A stretch of DNA of 64,000 nt from a virus. The stretch spans positions 1 to 64,000 of IMG/VR virus record IMGVR_UViG_3300017743_000002; one strand, 5' to 3'. A model generated the notes under the pieces. It saw only the letters and a program-made list of their open reading frames with translations. It had not been told where the DNA came from and ran no database searches. The position numbers and the translations under genes are program-made. Position 1 is the first letter of the stretch. Every line of letters begins with the position of its first letter. Below, in pieces: positions 32,101 to 38,100 of the stretch.

Positions 32101-35100
32101 TCCATATCACAAGTGAATGCAAATGAACCAGTATCTAATACGATACCCTCACCAATACTTAAACTATGATTACCAGTTGTGATTACAAATTCTCCAGTTG
32201 CTGGGTCATAAGATGCAGAAGAAGGTGTGAACTCTACATTAGGACCTGATTTACCAACATCCACAGTTATAGTATCTTCGGTTACCGATTTAACTTTTAA
32301 TTTATTATTATATGCTGGTTGTCCAATTGATGGTAATTTATGTTCCGTTCTATTATTATCCATTGTACAAGTGAATACAAACGATTCTGGTCTTATACAA
32401 ATTTCATCCCCAACATCTAAACCATGTTTAGAAATAGTAACTACAAAGTCTCCATTTGATGGGTCATAAGTTGCTGTTGTTGGAGTAAATGTTTTTTGTG
32501 TAATTATATCTCTAACTAAATTCTTAGCATATACAATACCCTCAATAGTTTCTACTTTTTGTACGGTAGTTGCTTCAGATGGGAATAAGTAATAAAATTC
32601 TCCACTCTTAATACTTCGTTGATTACCACCCCATAAGAAATCGGTTGCAACACCATCTAAGATGTGTCCAACATCTCTTCTACACTTTTCTCTATTATAT
32701 GTAAAGAATGGGAATGTGTAATCAATGTATTCAGTTACTTCTTTTTGAATTAAAGTTCTATTATCTCTAATCGTATTCCAAATACTTAATTTAGTTTCTG
32801 AAGGTTGTACTAATACTACATTCTGAATTAATTTTTGAACTAAGTTAGCTGCATGTACGATACCATCGATAGTTTGTGTTTTTTGAACACTTGTTGCTTC
32901 TGATGGATATAAGTAATAGTACTCACCAGCAATAACACTTCTTTCATTTCCACCATATCTTAAATCGGTAGATACAGCATCTAAGATGTGTCCAACATCT
33001 CTACTACATTTAGCTTCATCATAATCAAATCCAACCCAAGAAGATGAAATGTAAGCAATTACTTCAGCTTGAACCAATTCTCTATTTTGTTCTATCGTTT
33101 GATATAATCCTTCTCTTTCTACTGATGGATTTACTAATATAGTATTACTCATTACCTTATCAGATAATCTTTGAGCATGAACTATACCATCAACAGTTTG
33201 GTCTAATTGTGAACCTTGTGCTTGTGATGGATATTTGTAATAGAAATCTCCAGCAATTATACTTCTCTCATTTCCACCATACAATAAATCAGTAATTGCT
33301 GCATCTATTATGTATCCAGTATCTCTCTTACATTTTACATCATCATAATCAGCTGCATTCCAAGAAGATGAAACATATTCAATTACTTCATTTTGGATTA
33401 AATCTCTATTTTCTAATACTAAGTTATAAGCATTTACTTTATCTGAAGATAGTGGTGTAAATACTGCTCCACTTACTACTTTTTGTGCAACTTCACCAGC
33501 ATATTCAATACCATCTAAAGTTGGGAATAGTTGAGAACCAGTTGCTTCAGATGGGAATTTATAATAGAATATACCAGCATTAATTGTTCTTTCGTTACCA
33601 CCATAAACAATATCAGTAATTGATGCATCTAAGATGTGTACGATATCTCTTTTACAAGTTTCTTCTGGATAATCAAAATCACTCCAAGAAGCTGATAGGA
33701 ATGCAATTCCCTCTTCTTTAATAAACTCTTTATTATTGTTTATAATTGTTTGTGTATCTAATCTATCTTGAACTGGATTTGAGAATGTTACATTCGATGC
33801 TATTTTTTGTGCTACCCTACTTGCGTATCGAATTCCATCAATCGTTTGACTCAATTGTGAACCTTGTGCTTGTGATGGATACTCTAAGTAGAACTTACCA
33901 TTAAAGATAGATGCTGAGTAAACATTGTGAATTAAATCTTCAGCTGCTCCACTAACAATACCAGCAACATCTCTCATACATTTATCTTCATCATATGATG
34001 CAGTTGACCAAGAAGATGATAAGTATGCTATTGTTTCTTCTTTTATGAAATCAATATTTGATTTTAATAAGTTGTAAGCTGCAACAGTTGATGAAGCAGT
34101 TACCTCACTACCATACAATGATGATGATTCATAAGAACCACTTCCAAATTCTATAATCTTAGTTACAATATCAAATGCCCCAGAAATAAATTCTATATCT
34201 GCAGCTGATGCTGAGATAGAAGATGTAGTAAACTGAGTTTCAGTTGTTACTGCGATTGCTTCTTCAGTATTATCAATTTGTGGAGGAATTACAGTTACCG
34301 AATCATTTATAGTTCTAACAAATGTGTGAACTGATTGTGGTAGATGTTTAACTGCTCCATAAGATGCTGATACGAATGTGTGAACTGATTGTGGTTCATG
34401 CTTAACTGCATTTGTTGATGCAGATACAAATGTATGGATTGAACCACTTGCACTTCCACCATCACCTACATTAATTGTAAATGTACCATCTTGTCTTTTT
34501 ATTCCATTAGTTGTAGCAGATACAAATGTATGTGCTCCAGTGTAAGAAGATGAACCTATATTAATATCAAATGTATTAGTTGTTACATTTGAAATTTGTA
34601 ACCATCTTCCAGATGGAGAATCATATCCAGCTCTTGGATAAGATTTCTGAGTTGTGTTTCCATCTAATACACAAGTATAAGTTAATGCACCATCATCAAC
34701 TTTTATATAATCATTATTAGAGAATCCATGATTAGAGATTGTGAGTGTTACGATACCAGTTGTTGGATTGTATGGTGCATTTGTTGGAGTATGTGATGTA
34801 GTTCCAACTGAAATAATTTTTATCGATTGTTCTGCATATGGGTCTGAACCACTTCTTGGGTAAGAGTGAGTTGTAGAATCACCATCTTGGTCACAAGTAA
34901 ATGCGAATGATTCATTTTCTAATACTACACTTCTACTTACACCCAATCCATGTTGACCTACTGTCAATACCATTTCCCCAGTCAATGCATTATAATTAAC
35001 ATCAGATGGAGTAAAATATTTATTAGGACCTGAGATACCAACATTTACAGTCATTGTATTATTGGTAACATCAGTTATAATCATTGAACGACCAGCGTAA

Positions 35101-38100
35101 GGGTCTATACCCAATCTAGGGTAAGATTTAACTGATTGGTCATTATCCATATCACAAGTGAAAGCAAATGATTCAGTATCTAATATAATTCCCTCACCAA
35201 CACTTAAAGTATGTGTACCAGTTGTTATTACAAATTCTCCAGTTGCTGGGTCATAAGATGCGTTAGTTGGATTAAATTGTACATTAGGACCTGATTTGCC
35301 AACATTTACAGTTACAGTATTATTTGTTACAGATTTAATTCCTAATTTAGTATTGTAAGCAGGTTGACCAACTGAAGGTAATTTGTGTTCAGTTTTGTTA
35401 TCATCCATTTCACAAGTAAATGTGAATGATTCTGGTTTTAGATAGATACTATCAGTTTTTCTAAATTTGTGATTTGGAATAGTCATTACAAAATCACCAT
35501 CAGCAGGGTCATAAGTTGCTGTTGTTGGAGTAGAACCAGTTCCAAATTCTATAATATCTAATACAGTTTCAAATGAAGATGATAATTTAGATATAAGAGT
35601 TTCTGAACCAACTAATGAAGAAGTAAATTGAGTTGCATCACTTCTTTTAACTAAACCTTCAATGTTTTTAGTTAGAATTGGTAAAGTACTTACTGAATCT
35701 TTGTTTGTTCTAACAAAAGTATGAACTGATTGAGGTAAGTGTTTAATAGCTTTTCTCGATGCAGATACAAATGTGTGAACTGATTGTGGTTCATGCTTCA
35801 CAGCGTTTGATGAAGCTGATACAAATGTATGTAAAGAGTTTGATGCCGTTCCACCATCTCCTACATTTATTGTAAATGTACCAGTTTGCCTTCTTATACC
35901 ACCAGTAGTTGCCGATACAAATGTATGTGCTGATTTATATGATGATGCTCCAATGTTAATATCAAATGTATTAGTTGTTACATTTGAAATCTCTAACCAT
36001 CTTCCACTTGGATAATCATATCCAGCTCTTGGATAAGATTTTTGAACAGTGTTTCCATCCAATACACAAGTATAGATTAAAGCTCCATTATCAACCTTAA
36101 CATAATCTCCATTACTAAATCCATGTCCAGCAATAGTTAAAGTTACAATTCCAGTTGATGCGTTATAAGGAGCATCAGTTGGTGTGTGTTGAGTATTTCC
36201 AACTGATTTAATTTCTATCGATTTACCAGCATATGGGTCAGAACCTGGTCTTGGATACGAATGTGTTGTAGCATCTGAATCTTGGTCACAAGTAAATGCG
36301 AATGATTCATCTTTTAATACTACACTTCTTCCAACTCCTAAACCATGCTGTCCAACAGTTACAATCATATCACCAGTCAATGCATTATAAGATGCAGATG
36401 TTGGAGTAAAGTATTTATTTGGACCCGATGCTCCAACGTTAAACGTCATTGTTGTATCAGTTACCGAAGTAATTGGAATAGAACGAACTGCAAATGGGTC
36501 AATACCAACTCTTGGATATGATTTAACCGCCTGGTCATTATCCATATCACAAGTGAATGCAAATGCTTCTGGTGAAAGTATAATACCTTCTCCAACACTT
36601 AAAGTATGTTTACCAACAGTTGCAACGAAATTTCCAGTTAATGGGTCATAACTTGCGTTAGTTGGATTGAATTCTATATTCGGACCTGATTTACCAACGT
36701 TTACACTTATGGTATTATCAGTTATTGAATTTATTGTTAATTGTTTATTGTATGCGGGTTGTCCAACTGAAGGTAATTTATGCTCAGTTCTATTACCATC
36801 CATATCACAAGTGAATACGAATGATTCTGGTCTTAAATAAATTCTATCATTAACATCTAAATCATGTTGAGAAATAGTCATTACAAACTCACCATCAGCT
36901 GGATTATACGTTGCTGTTGTTGGTGTATAAGAATCTATACCACTTTTTAGAATCCCAACTACCGTACTGAATCCTCCACTTACTATATTTCTATCAGAAA
37001 CACTAGCATCTAAGGATGAAGTATATTGTACACCATCAGTTACTTTTATATTATTTTTAGTGTTTACTACTTTTTCAAATTCACCTTTAGTTGGAACATA
37101 AACAAATTCCTGCTCAGATGATAATGGTAAACTATCTACAATGTTTATTACACCACTAGCCGAAACATTTGTTGGATTCACATAGAAAAGTGTATCAGGT
37201 GTATCTACTAAAGGAGTAAATGTTATCGTACCAAATGTAATACCATTATTTATTAAACCAATACTTTCATATACATCATATGTAGTACCAGCAGTTCTTT
37301 TGGTTTTAATTAAGAATGGTGCATTAATATTAATATCTTCAAAACCTAAATCATTAACAGAGAAAGTGTACATTTCATTTCTAACCAATGTTAACGTTGG
37401 GTCTTTTTTAGAACCCAAGAAAGAACCAGTATCTTCTCCACCTAATCTCCATCCTTCTCTACCATCAAAGTATTTTAATTGATTATCATTAATATAAAAT
37501 GCAGTTGAATCGTTTGGTAAAGAAACAACTTCAAAATAAGATGAAGAATTAGCTGAACCTGATATTTCCTTACTTCCACTAATTCCATACTCAACAATAT
37601 CAATTACAGTTCTAAATGATTCTGAAATTTCTGATGAAATTGGAGTTGATGCTGATATAGAAGATGTATATTGTGAATTGTTATTAAACTTAATTCCATC
37701 TTTTACATTTGAAACTTCTACTATATCATTTGGTAATGTTGTACCAATTGTAGTTGTTATTAAGTTATCACCATAAGAATTTTTAGGAATACCAACTTGA
37801 GAAATAGGTAAACCATTTGGTGCAAATCCAACAACTATATCTGAAGTTATTGAGCTTCCACTTTCTATAATCGTAGTTACTATTTCGAATGATTGAGAAA
37901 TACTACTAAGTTCACTATTACTAGCAGTTATCGATGAGGTTATTAATGTTGTACTACTAACTAACTTTGGCTCTTCTAATGTCCATTCTAAATTAGGTGT
38001 ATTACCAGCAATAGCTGCAAGTAATGAATCTTCACCTTGCTTAATAATATCTTCAACTAATCCAAATGAAGAACTAACTTTTACTTTTTCAGTTTCACTA

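Noticed and set aside
25518-36930. Near-identical repeats considered as diversity-generating retroelement TR/VR or an invertible shufflon
   Set aside because: Copies are in-frame and direct, differences are not adenine-specific by eye, and no reverse transcriptase or recombinase is in the window.
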